Shown here: piece after piece, positions 8,983 to 17,353 of the stretch
Numbering within the stretch: the stretch's first letter is position 1
Layout: the number at the start of each line of letters is the position of its first letter
Source: an uncultured Candidatus Saccharibacteria bacterium
GTDB lineage: Bacteria > Patescibacteriota > Minisyncoccia > Phycocordibacterales > UBA6899
NCBI GenBank assembly: GCA_964469335.1
Contig: CAYXYK010000004.1
Location: 23,230 to 87,229 of the forward strand
DNA length: 64,000 nucleotides
Reading direction: 5' to 3'
Translations under genes and position numbers: made by a program
Notes under the pieces: model-generated
The model's input: only the letters and a program-made list of their open reading frames with translations
The model's database searches: none
What the model was told of the DNA's origin: nothing

Positions 8983-10692
8983 ATGACTCAAGACACAGCG
9001 CTCGAAATTCTCAAGACTGGGGCGAATGTGTTCCTCACCGGTGAGCCGGGAAGTGGTAAGACCCATACCGTGAACGCCTATGTGCACTATCTTCGTGAGC
9101 ATGGGATCGAGCCGTCGATCACCGCCTCGACGGGTATCGCTGCGACCCATGTCGGGGGAATGACCATCCATGCGTGGAGCGGGATCGGTATCAAGCGCTT
9201 CCTCACCGACTACGATCTCGATGCGCTTTCTTCGCGCGAGACGCTGGTGCGCCGAGTTGCGACCACGAAAGTCCTCATCATCGACGAGATCTCGATGCTC
9301 GATGGCGTCATTCTCGGACTCGTCGACAAGGTACTCCGCTCGATTCGTCGTAGCGAAGAGCCGTTCGGCGGTATACAGATGGTGTTCGTCGGCGACTTCT
9401 TCCAACTCCCGCCTATTCCCGAGAAGTCTGGGGGACTTGAGCAGCGACTCATGCCGCAATTCGCCTTCACTTCGCCTGCATGGAAAGCCGCAAACCCTTT
9501 GGTCTGCTATTTGACTGAGCAGCACCGTCAGGACGACGAAGTGTTCCTCTCGGCACTCTCAATGATTCGTAGTGGCGAGCTCGAGGAATCGCTCGGGGAG
9601 ATATTCGAAGATCGCCGTCTCGGGGGAGAGCTCGAGGTGCCAGAGAATGTGCCGCTTCTCTATACACACAACATGGATGTCGACCGCAAGAACAACGAAG
9701 CGCTTGAGAAAATCGAAGAGGAGGTGCACGAATTTAGGATGATCACCCGCGGCAAAGAAAATGTGGTCGAGTTGATGAAACGCGGCTGTCTTTCACCTGA
9801 AGTGCTTCGGCTTAAGATTGGCGCCTCGGTGATGTTTACCAAAAACGATTTCGAACGCGGCTATGTGAACGGCACCCTCGGTGTTGTCGAGGAATTCGAT
9901 GAGGATGACGGACTGCCGATCGTGCGGATGCGCAATGGGAAGTCAGTGAAAGCTGAGCCGGAAGAATGGTCCGTCTCCGACGGCGACAAGAAACTCGCAA
10001 CCCTTTCGCAAGTGCCACTTCGCCTCGCTTGGGCGATCACGGTGCATAAGTCACAAGGGATGTCCCTCGATGCAGCGGTGATGGACCTCTCCAAGTCGTT
10101 CGAATATGGACAGGGCTACGTTGCACTCTCGCGCGTACGCACCCTCTCAGGCCTCTATCTCGCCGGAATGAATCGCCGCGCATTCGAAGTGCATCCGATT
10201 GTCTTGGAGCGCGACCGTGAGATGAGGCAGCGTTCGGATGATGCTGATGAATACTTCGCCCACCTCCCGCCTGACGAGCTGAATAATATGCACGAGAACT
10301 TCCTCACTGCATCCGGCGGCTCACTTGAGAAAATCGAAGTTGAAGATTCCGCACTAGAACCAGGCAAAGAAAAGAATAAAAAGGGCGACACATATTTACG
10401 TACAAAAGAAATGATCCTCGCGCGCATCCCGCTCGACGAGATCGTGAAACTGCGTGAGATCAAGAAAAGTACGGTATTCTCACACATCGAAATACTGAAA
10501 GAAGGGGACGATACCATCGACATCAGCTACCTCAAGAGCGAGATGGATGATGAGAAGTTGCGGACTATCCTCAATGCCTTCGCGGCGTTCCGCGGCAGTG
10601 ATATGGAAAAGAAGCTCTCGCCGGTCAAAGACCTCTTAGGACAAGCGGCGACCTTCGACGAGATCCGTTTCGCGCGCCTGTTCCTCGACTAG
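8983..10692 (+). CDS. PIF1/RecD-like ATP-dependent DNA helicase with C-terminal HTH-like extension
   Basis: Walker A GEPGSGKTH; ITASTGIAA; Walker B LIIDEISM; ITVHKSQGMSLD...GQGYVALSRVR, the PIF1/RecD family motifs. Confidence 0.85.
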   Translation: MTQDTALEILKTGANVFLTGEPGSGKTHTVNAYVHYLREHGIEPSITASTGIAATHVGGMTIHAWSGIGIKRFLTDYDLDALSSRETLVRRVATTKVLIIDEISMLDGVILGLVDKVLRSIRRSEEPFGGIQMVFVGDFFQLPPIPEKSGGLEQRLMPQFAFTSPAWKAANPLVCYLTEQHRQDDEVFLSALSMIRSGELEESLGEIFEDRRLGGELEVPENVPLLYTHNMDVDRKNNEALEKIEEEVHEFRMITRGKENVVELMKRGCLSPEVLRLKIGASVMFTKNDFERGYVNGTLGVVEEFDEDDGLPIVRMRNGKSVKAEPEEWSVSDGDKKLATLSQVPLRLAWAITVHKSQGMSLDAAVMDLSKSFEYGQGYVALSRVRTLSGLYLAGMNRRAFEVHPIVLERDREMRQRSDDADEYFAHLPPDELNNMHENFLTASGGSLEKIEVEDSALEPGKEKNKKGDTYLRTKEMILARIPLDEIVKLREIKKSTVFSHIEILKEGDDTIDISYLKSEMDDEKLRTILNAFAAFRGSDMEKKLSPVKDLLGQAATFDEIRFARLFLD

Positions 10693-10727
10693 TGGCTTTC
10701 ATCGTGAGATAATTTCTCTATCACGAT

Positions 10728-11105
10728 ATGGAAAAGTACCATAAATACATCCGCTGGGCATTGCTCGGCGCACTCACCGCAGGTTTTCTCTATGCCGGGG
10801 TGATAAAACTGCTGGGGAAGGATAATGCACTCTTCGTTTCATGGGGTTTCCCGGTCTGGTTCACCTATGTGGTCGGAGCGCTCCAGTCATTCGGCGCAGT
10901 CGCGCTCTTCTATCGACCGACGGTGAAAATGGGGATGTTCTTCCTGACAGTGATCATCATCGGTGCGATCCTCACCCTCGCTGGAAAACATATGTTCTAT
11001 CCGGACATCTTGGCTCCGATCGCATTCCTGCTCGGACTTTTCGGACTCATGTACCTCAAAGCGAAACGTCCAGAAGAAGACGAAGGACGCTGGGGCCTTT
11101 TGTAG
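10728..11105 (+). CDS. small DoxX-like membrane protein (125 aa)
   Basis: Four predicted TM helices; GVIKLLGKDNALFVSWGFP resembles DoxX. Confidence 0.55.
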   Translation: MEKYHKYIRWALLGALTAGFLYAGVIKLLGKDNALFVSWGFPVWFTYVVGALQSFGAVALFYRPTVKMGMFFLTVIIIGAILTLAGKHMFYPDILAPIAFLLGLFGLMYLKAKRPEEDEGRWGLL

Positions 11106-11228
11106 AACAACCAAATTAATCCCATCTGCGACGTTGCGGGGCCCAAGTGTCTCAGTCAACGTACCTCGAAGTACGTCTCCCTCGTCACTTTTCCCGCGCC
11201 TTGCATATGGGCCAATTTGATTGTTCTA
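11103..11228 (+). repeat. novel intergenic repeat element, copy E2 (most complete)
   Basis: 15-bp terminal inverted repeat tagaacaaccaaatt / aatttgattgttcta. Core CCCATCTGCG..GTTGCGGGGCCCAAG..aACGTACctcgaaGTACGTc..CTTTTCCCGCGCC. Confidence 0.75.
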
Positions 11229-11285
11229 GAAATTCCAAAGTAAATATTTTGCGGGAAGAGGGGAATTGCGGTATCGTCTATAGGC

Positions 11286-12332
11286 ATGGACATCGTCTTT
11301 TCATTTCTCGGTCTCTATTTTCTGCTCAAGTTGACGGACCACTTTCTTGCCGCAAAAGGGTATCACGGCGAAGTGAGTGATCACTTCGATGGAAACATCT
11401 TCTATAGTTATGGTCTCACTCCCGAGACCCGCATTGTCGATCATAGCAGAGTGAAGATGTTCAAATGGCTATTCTCGCGTAAACGCTACAGCTGGAGATG
11501 GCGTGATGTCGGGACTACGACCAAACCTGCCGAGCGTGTGGAGGGGGCGGCGATGGTCGTCACTTTCATCAATCATTCGACGCTCTTGATTCAGACCGAA
11601 GGGAAGAATATCCTCACAGACCCCGTATGGTCAAAGCGCGTGAGCCCCTTCTCGTTCATCGGGCCAAAGCGTTTCCAAGATCCCGGAGTATTGTTCGAAG
11701 ATCTCCCTCCGATCGATATCGTCCTCATTTCGCATAACCACTACGATCATATGGACCTCGCCACGCTCCGGAAGATCACCAAAAAATGGGATCCGCCGAT
11801 CATTGCGGGGCTCGGCAACAAGCAGTACCTCACGGAGAAAGGATTCACCAATGTCACCGAGCTCGATTGGTGGGAGGATTTCACATTCGGAGAATCGCTC
11901 CGTATCGTCTGTGCGCCCGGACAACATTTCTCCTCTCGTGCGCTCTCGGATCGGGACAATACGCTTTGGTGCGGATACGTCATTGAGACGCCTCACGGTG
12001 ATAGCTTCTTTGCGGGAGATACCGGCTACGGTGAATTCGTGAAGCGTATCCAAGAAAGATACAAGGAATTCCGGCTCGCGATGCTTCCCATCGGTGCGTT
12101 CCGCCCGCAGTGGTTCATGGGTCCGGTCCATATCTCGCCTGAACAAGCAGTGCAGATCTACGATGAGCTCAAGGTGCGAACTGCGATAGGGATACACCAT
12201 AGCACCTTCCATCTTGCTGATGACGGTCAGGATGAGCCGAAGGAGATCATCGATGCGGAAAAAGCGAAGCGCAGCGACAATGTGTTGAATTTCATTGTGC
12301 CGAAGAACGGCGAGATGTTCAGTATCGACTAG
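11286..12332 (+). CDS. MBL-fold metallo-hydrolase (NAPE-PLD-like family) with N-terminal TM segment
   Basis: LISHNHYDHMD zinc-binding motif with later PIGAF/H residues. Start may be an internal ATG. Confidence 0.75.
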   Translation: MDIVFSFLGLYFLLKLTDHFLAAKGYHGEVSDHFDGNIFYSYGLTPETRIVDHSRVKMFKWLFSRKRYSWRWRDVGTTTKPAERVEGAAMVVTFINHSTLLIQTEGKNILTDPVWSKRVSPFSFIGPKRFQDPGVLFEDLPPIDIVLISHNHYDHMDLATLRKITKKWDPPIIAGLGNKQYLTEKGFTNVTELDWWEDFTFGESLRIVCAPGQHFSSRALSDRDNTLWCGYVIETPHGDSFFAGDTGYGEFVKRIQERYKEFRLAMLPIGAFRPQWFMGPVHISPEQAVQIYDELKVRTAIGIHHSTFHLADDGQDEPKEIIDAEKAKRSDNVLNFIVPKNGEMFSID

Positions 12333-13597
12333 CTTTTTTGTGCCGCATGAGTGCCGGCAACCCAGCCAGTCGTCCAGCATAATTGGAGCGAGAAACCTCC
12401 CGACGGTCGATCGATATCGAGGACGTCCCCTACGACATAGAGATTGTCGTATCGCTTCGAGCGCATGGTCTTGAGCTCGATCTCCTCAAGTGTGAGTCCT
12501 CCAGAGACAACGATCGCCTTCTCGGTGCCGAGTAGTCCCGTAACTGAGAGCGGCATAGCCTTCAAGAATTTCACGAGTGTGGTCCGCTCTGACTTACTTA
12601 CTTTATTCACTTCTTTTTCGCCGTCGAATGCGAGATATTCAGGAAGCATCTTCGCAAGCGTTGCAGGAACGACGAGCGAGAGTACATTCTTCAATTTCTT
12701 GTTCTGATCCTTTTTGAATATCTCCTGGATGTGGCGGTCGAGAGTGCCGTTGTCCATTTTCGGATAGAGGTCGATAGCAAGAGAGACGCTGCCGTATTTG
12801 AGTAGCTCACTGATATCGCGGCTCATGTTGAGGATGAGTGGTCCGGACATGCCGACATGGGTAAAGAGGATCTTTCCGACTCGCTTGAAATGTATACGAT
12901 CGTTCTGGATGACGCTCACTCGTGCTTCCTTGAATGACAGGCCGGAAAGACGGTGCGCCCATGTTTCCTTGGTAGTGATCGGAACGAGTGATGGCTCAGG
13001 GATGCGAATGGTGTGGCCGAGTTTCGCGAGCCACTTGAAACCGTCACCTGTCGATCCGGTCTCCGGGCGAGATGAACCCCCGGTCGCAAGGATGAATGAA
13101 GCGGCGCTAAGTGTCTCACCGTTCTTGAGCTTCACACCAGCTATCCTTCCGCTCTTCGTCGTGAATCCGGTGACTTCGGCATTCGATCGCACCTTCACTC
13201 CGCCTTCCTTCAGATAATCGAGCAGGGTCTTCCAGACCGTTTCCGCCTTTTCGGAAGCGGGAAACATCCGTCCTCCTTCTTCGAGTTTGGTCTCCATGCC
13301 GTGTGCGTGGAAGAATCCGAGGGTTTCTTTGACCGAGAATTGCGAGAACGGGGAGAACAGGAACTTCGATCGGTCTTTGAAGTTGGCGAGGAGCTTCCTG
13401 TCGTCGAGCTCGTGGTTGGTGATGTTCGAGCGTCCTCCACCAGTGATGAGGAGTTTCTCGCCGAGTCGCGCGTTCTTCTCGAGTACAAGTACCCGAGCGC
13501 CGCATTCTGCCGCACGCCCTGCCGCCATCATCCCAGAGGCACCGCCCCCTATGACGATCACATCGAAGCTTTCTTCTTTTTTCTTTGCGATGGCCAT
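12329..13597 (-). CDS. HI0933/BaiN-like NAD(P)/FAD-dependent oxidoreductase
   Basis: DVIVIGGGASGMMAAGRAAECGARVLVLEKN.RLG.KLLITGGGRSNITN is the characteristic HI0933-family N-terminus. Confidence 0.9.
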   Translation of the reverse strand: MAIAKKKEESFDVIVIGGGASGMMAAGRAAECGARVLVLEKNARLGEKLLITGGGRSNITNHELDDRKLLANFKDRSKFLFSPFSQFSVKETLGFFHAHGMETKLEEGGRMFPASEKAETVWKTLLDYLKEGGVKVRSNAEVTGFTTKSGRIAGVKLKNGETLSAASFILATGGSSRPETGSTGDGFKWLAKLGHTIRIPEPSLVPITTKETWAHRLSGLSFKEARVSVIQNDRIHFKRVGKILFTHVGMSGPLILNMSRDISELLKYGSVSLAIDLYPKMDNGTLDRHIQEIFKKDQNKKLKNVLSLVVPATLAKMLPEYLAFDGEKEVNKVSKSERTTLVKFLKAMPLSVTGLLGTEKAIVVSGGLTLEEIELKTMRSKRYDNLYVVGDVLDIDRPSGGFSLQLCWTTGWVAGTHAAQKS

Positions 13598-13727
13598 ATT
13601 TGCTCAAATCCTAGCACTGCACCACGTTATTTGCCATACCAAGCCGAGTTGTACTTCCGTCCCCCACGGTGCTGGCAGGTCAGGACACCTTTGGATACAA
13701 TAGTGAGCATATTCATAACTATCGAAC

Positions 13728-14483
13728 ATGGAGAAGTCATCATCGACAAAATACGTAGTTGCCGCGCTCGCGGTGTTAGTGGTGGTCGGAGGAGGTATCG
13801 CATTCTATCTCAATAATAAGACCGTTGTGTCCGGGACCACTGTGCCGGCAATCACATCGGAGAAGAATGAGCCAGTAGCATCGAGCGGTACATCGCTCAA
13901 GGACCTGCTTGCCAGCACCGGGCCGACCAAATGCTCGGTCACGACATCGACGGACAAGGCAGACTCGACCGGAATGGTCTATATCGCTGACGGGAAGATG
14001 CGTACGGATTTCACCAACACGATGAAGGTGGGAAATCTTGCAGGAAAGGTCCAGGTCGCGCACATGATCGTCGATACCGATTACAGTTACATGTGGGGTG
14101 ACGGCGAGATGAAGTTCGGCATCAAGATGGCAAAACAAGAGATCCTCGACGTACAGCCGGGAGCGGGGAATAGTCCGCAGAACGAAGCGGCGATCGACAT
14201 GAATGAGAAATCAGACTACAAGTGTGGCGGCTGGAAGATCGATGAGCGACTGTTCGTTCCTCCCTCGGATATACAGTTCCAGGACATGAGTGCGATGATG
14301 AAGAGCATGCCGTCCGTACAGTCGGGCACGAATGTCACAGGAGGCACGGCGAAGACCTCGGGAGGCGGCTCCGTCGCAGTCCCTCCCGGAATGAGTGCAA
14401 CGGATATGTCGGCGATGTGCGGACAATGTGACCAGGCGGGGGAGAGTAGGGATCAGTGTAGGGCTGCACTCGGCTGCAAATAA
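13728..14483 (+). CDS. hypothetical secreted/membrane-anchored protein (251 aa)
   Basis: N-terminal TM YVVAALAVLVVVGGGIAFYL. C-terminal Cys-rich tail. No recognised domain. Confidence 0.6.
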   Translation: MEKSSSTKYVVAALAVLVVVGGGIAFYLNNKTVVSGTTVPAITSEKNEPVASSGTSLKDLLASTGPTKCSVTTSTDKADSTGMVYIADGKMRTDFTNTMKVGNLAGKVQVAHMIVDTDYSYMWGDGEMKFGIKMAKQEILDVQPGAGNSPQNEAAIDMNEKSDYKCGGWKIDERLFVPPSDIQFQDMSAMMKSMPSVQSGTNVTGGTAKTSGGGSVAVPPGMSATDMSAMCGQCDQAGESRDQCRAALGCK

Positions 14484-14606
14484 AGGAACTTTCAAATATC
14501 CCCATCTGCTGCGTTGTGGGTCCCAAGCAGTTCGGTCAATGTACGAGAAGTACATCTCCCTCACTGCTTTTCCCACGCCTAGCATCTGGAGAATATTTGG
14601 AAGTCC
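14484..14606 (+). repeat. novel intergenic repeat element, copy E3
   Basis: Flanks ggaactttcaaatat / gaatatttggaagtcc. Core CCCATCTGCTGC GTTGTGGGTCCCAAG..aATGTACgagaaGTACATc..CTTTTCCCACGCC. Hairpin 2 carries the compensatory C>T/G>A change. Confidence 0.7.
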
Positions 14607-14627
14607 CTAAATCCCATGATTATTCTA

Positions 14628-14655
14628 TTGTTTCGCAATGTAGCTTCGGTATAAT
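14628..14655 (+). promoter_or_regulatory. candidate sigma70-like promoter (TTGTTT-16nt-TATAAT)
   Basis: ttgttt cgcaatgtagcttcgg tataat, located upstream of the small Lys-rich ORF and metallopeptidase gene. Confidence 0.35.
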
Positions 14656-14685
14656 GGTAATCAATTAATAGTTGATCAATTCACT

Positions 14686-14751
14686 ATGGGAAAAGGAGAC
14701 AATAGACAGCAGAAGGAGAAAAAGAAACCAAAAAAGGAGAAAGCAAAGTAA
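14686..14751 (+). CDS. possible 21-aa lysine-rich leader peptide / small ORF (MGKGDNRQQKEKKKPKKEKAK)
   Basis: ATG..TAA ORF directly followed by a perfect 12-bp hairpin (14758..14785) and then the metallopeptidase start. It is very short, so this is speculative. Confidence 0.2.
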   Translation: MGKGDNRQQKEKKKPKKEKAK

Positions 14752-14797
14752 CTTCTCAAACAACAGCCCACTCGGGCTGTTGTTTGTTATACTGCTC

Positions 14798-15196
14798 ATG
14801 ATGACTGATGAGCGATTCGAACAGCTTGTTTCCGAGGCGATCGAGACCATTCCTGAGAAATTCCTCAGGCGGCTTGATAATGTGGCGATCGTGACCGCAG
14901 AGAGACCTAGTCAAGAGCAGCTCAAGCAGAACGACATCCCTCCCGGGGATACGCTCCTTGGGCTCTATGAAGGCATCCCACTCATCGAACGAGGAGAATT
15001 CTACGGTGCAGGAGAGATTCTTCCAGACAAGATCACGATCTTCAAGGAGCCGATCCTCGAAGAGGCGGGAGGCGATGAAGCGAAACTGAAGGAAGTGGTG
15101 CGCGATACTGTCTGGCATGAGATCGCCCACTACTTCGGCTACGACGACCACGAGATCGAGGTGCGGGAGGAAGAAGGAAAGAACTACTCAATCTAG
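14798..15196 (+). CDS. zincin-like metallopeptidase family protein (HExxH)
   Basis: WHEIAHYFGYDDHEIE is an HExxH motif near the C-terminus, the pattern of the small 'possible zinc metallopeptidase' family. Start at MMTDERF after the hairpin. Confidence 0.65.
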   Translation: MMTDERFEQLVSEAIETIPEKFLRRLDNVAIVTAERPSQEQLKQNDIPPGDTLLGLYEGIPLIERGEFYGAGEILPDKITIFKEPILEEAGGDEAKLKEVVRDTVWHEIAHYFGYDDHEIEVREEEGKNYSI

Positions 15197-15237
15197 CCGT
15201 TTTTGCGGTTTTCGGGGAGTGAGGGTAGCATTGAGCT

Positions 15238-16365
15238 ATGGAACCACTTGCCGCGCAGCTCAGACCAGACACCTTAGATGGCTACGTCGGGCAAAAACAT
15301 CTCCTCGGAGAGGGGAAGCCACTTCGTGCAGCGATCCTCGGCAAGCACTTGTTCTCGTTCATCCTATGGGGGCCGCCCGGAGTGGGGAAGACCACCATCG
15401 CACGCATCTATGCAAATGCGGTCGATGCGAATTTCTATGAGCTCTCTGCGGTCTCGGCAGGGAAAGATGATATCCGTGAGATCGTTGCTGCGGTCACCAA
15501 CGCGAAGCCAAGCATTCTCTTTCTCGACGAGATCCACCGTTTCAACAAGGCTCAGCAGGATTTCCTTTTGCCGTTCGTCGAATCAGGGAAGCTGACGCTG
15601 ATCGGTGCGACCACTGAGAACCCGAGCTTCGAGGTGATACCGGCACTCCTCTCACGTGCGCGAGTATTCGTGCTTGAGAGTCTCTCAGACGAAGACATGC
15701 GTGAGATTCTCGCCCGTAGCAAGGTGAAGATGAAGGATGATGCACGCGACTGGCTGATCGCGGTCGCGGGCGGTGATGCGCGACAGGCGCTTACGGTGCT
15801 GGATGCGACAGTGCGACTCTACAAGACCGTCACGCTCGAACACTTGAAGGAAGCGGTCCAGTCGAAACATCTCCGCTATGATAAAGCGGGGGAGGAGCAC
15901 TATAACACCATCAGCGCCTTCATCAAGTCGATGCGCGCGTCACAGGCGGATGCCGCGATCTACTATCTCGCGCGAATGATTGAGGCAGGGGAGGACCCGC
16001 TCTTCATCGCGCGCAGAATGGTGATCTTCGCCAGTGAGGACATCGGGCTCGCGCAGCCGACAGCGCTCGTGGTAGCAAATGCCGTCTTTCGGGCTTGCGA
16101 AGTGATCGGCTACCCAGAGTGTCGGATCAATCTCGCGCATGGTGTCGCGTATCTTGCGAACTGCAAGAAGGATAGGAGTGCCTATGATGCGATCGGAGCG
16201 GCACTAGCGGACGTGAAATCACTCGGCAATCTCGAGATCCCGATGCACATCCGAAATGCGCCGACCAAACTCATGAAAGAGCTCGGTTATGGTGATGGAT
16301 ATGCGATGTATGATAAAGAAAGTTATCTGCCTGAAAAACTCAAGAATAAGAAATACTTAGGATAA
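15238..16365 (+). CDS. rarA: replication-associated recombination protein A (AAA+ ATPase, MgsA/RarA)
   Basis: Walker [10 protein letters not shown]; [11 protein letters not shown]; C-terminal MgsA domain ..[36 protein letters not shown].. Confidence 0.9.
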   Translation: MEPLAAQLRPDTLDGYVGQKHLLGEGKPLRAAILGKHLFSFILWGPPGVGKTTIARIYANAVDANFYELSAVSAGKDDIREIVAAVTNAKPSILFLDEIHRFNKAQQDFLLPFVESGKLTLIGATTENPSFEVIPALLSRARVFVLESLSDEDMREILARSKVKMKDDARDWLIAVAGGDARQALTVLDATVRLYKTVTLEHLKEAVQSKHLRYDKAGEEHYNTISAFIKSMRASQADAAIYYLARMIEAGEDPLFIARRMVIFASEDIGLAQPTALVVANAVFRACEVIGYPECRINLAHGVAYLANCKKDRSAYDAIGAALADVKSLGNLEIPMHIRNAPTKLMKELGYGDGYAMYDKESYLPEKLKNKKYLG

Positions 16366-16393
16366 AAAATGATGGGCACCCCGAGGGGTGCCC
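16362..16393 (-). terminator. rho-independent terminator (minus strand) downstream of small CDS 16439..16600; may also stop rarA readthrough
   Basis: GGGCACCCC-ga-GGGGTGCCC perfect 9-bp stem. On the minus strand it is followed by TTTTTT. Confidence 0.7.
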
Positions 16394-16438
16394 ATGCTGT
16401 TCACTGACTATCCGTCAGCGGACGACGCGGTGCGTGCG

Positions 16439-16600
16439 TCAGCCGCTGGTGTTGCCGACCTCGACGTGGTTCTGGAGGTGGCCGCCGCCCTGGCCGGTGT
16501 CGAAGTAGTTCACGCCGATGTCGCCCTTCTGCGCCGCGTGCTGAGCCGTCGTCGTGGCCGGAGGCGAGTTCATGCCGTGGTCGGTGCGGTTGCGTTTCAT
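16439..16600 (-). CDS. small hypothetical Gly-rich protein (53 aa) in a GC-rich islet
   Basis: Perfect SD AAGGAGA 6 nt before ATG. MKRNRTDHGMNSPPATTTAQHAAQKGDIGVNYFDTGQGGGHLQNHVEVGNTSG. Own terminator downstream. Local GC is far above the window average. Confidence 0.45.
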   Translation of the reverse strand: MKRNRTDHGMNSPPATTTAQHAAQKGDIGVNYFDTGQGGGHLQNHVEVGNTSG

Positions 16601-16766
16601 GCCGTTCTCCTTGGAGTTGGCGGTTTGAGGAACACGGGCGGTCCGATGACCTTACCCATATGTAGTCTAGCAAAAACTCTTTTGCTGGCAAGTACTTTCG
16701 TGTATATCAGGAGGGTGTGGATAACTTATTTGCGGAGTTCTCCGAGAGGAGTATAGTGAGTGAGTT

Positions 16767-16796
16767 GGAGGGACCTTGGTCCCTCCTCTTTTATTG
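16767..16796 (+). terminator. rho-independent terminator-like hairpin (plus strand)
   Basis: GGAGGGACC-tt-GGTCCCTCC followed by tcttttatt. No obvious plus-strand CDS upstream. Confidence 0.5.
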
Positions 16797-17008
16797 CCTC
16801 GACAACGATGCATAAGAGATCTCGGACCAGGTTCCCTCCACTTTAATGGTTAATCACAATTCTATGGTCAAGGCTAAAGAAGTGGACTACGAAGGAATCG
16901 CAATCATCGTCACTACGTGTTCGATGTTCGCACTCTGGAGTGTCGTCTCAGTAGCAGTCCCCACGCTTGGGGTACTCGCGTAGACCCAGAAGGGATTACA
17001 CCAAATAC

Positions 17009-17041
17009 GGCGCCTAGCTAAATGCAGGCGCCTTTTTGTTT
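17009..17041 (+). terminator. rho-independent terminator (plus strand) ending an apparently non-coding ~200 nt region
   Basis: GGCGCCT-agctaaatgc-AGGCGCC followed by tttttgttt. Confidence 0.55.
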
Positions 17042-17049
17042 CTCGGCTT

Positions 17050-17135
17050 TCAGAGCATGCGGTCTTCTGCGTTGTGGGTCCCAAGTCCTAGTTCACCGTA
17101 CGAATAGTATGGCTCACTTCGCCACTCGCCTTACA
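17050..17135 (+). repeat. novel intergenic repeat element, degenerate copy E4
   Basis: ..CTTCTGC GTTGTGGGTCCCAAG..caCCGTACgaataGTATGGc..cacttcgccactcgcc. Hairpin 2 retains pairing only through a G.U wobble. Confidence 0.55.
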
Positions 17136-17353
17136 GGCGCTGTACACCTTTTGGATTTCTCGGAAAAAATCTCAAAAGGTCTTGCACGGTGGCCCCATAA
17201 GAATGGGTTCCCAATAGCCACCGCTCACCCACGCCTTGAATCCCATCAATTTCAGAAAGCCGATTTCCCAGCATCCTTGTCACAATTCGGGAAATGGTGG
17301 GTTATCCAAGGTAGCGCTCGAATTAGCCCAAGAAATAGGGTACCATTTAGGGA

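Noticed and set aside
8908-9525. N-terminal extension of minus ORF 7924..9525 (533 aa)
   Set aside because: It would overlap the helicase gene start on the opposite strand by >500 nt. An internal Met followed by a TM helix (MKFEKIT..) gives a sensible 327-aa protein ending before the helicase promoter region.
16388-16756. 122-aa plus-strand ORF in the GC-rich islet
   Set aside because: Ala/Val/Arg-rich composition typical of antisense reading of GC-rich DNA. No SD. The minus-strand 53-aa ORF has a perfect SD and its own terminator.
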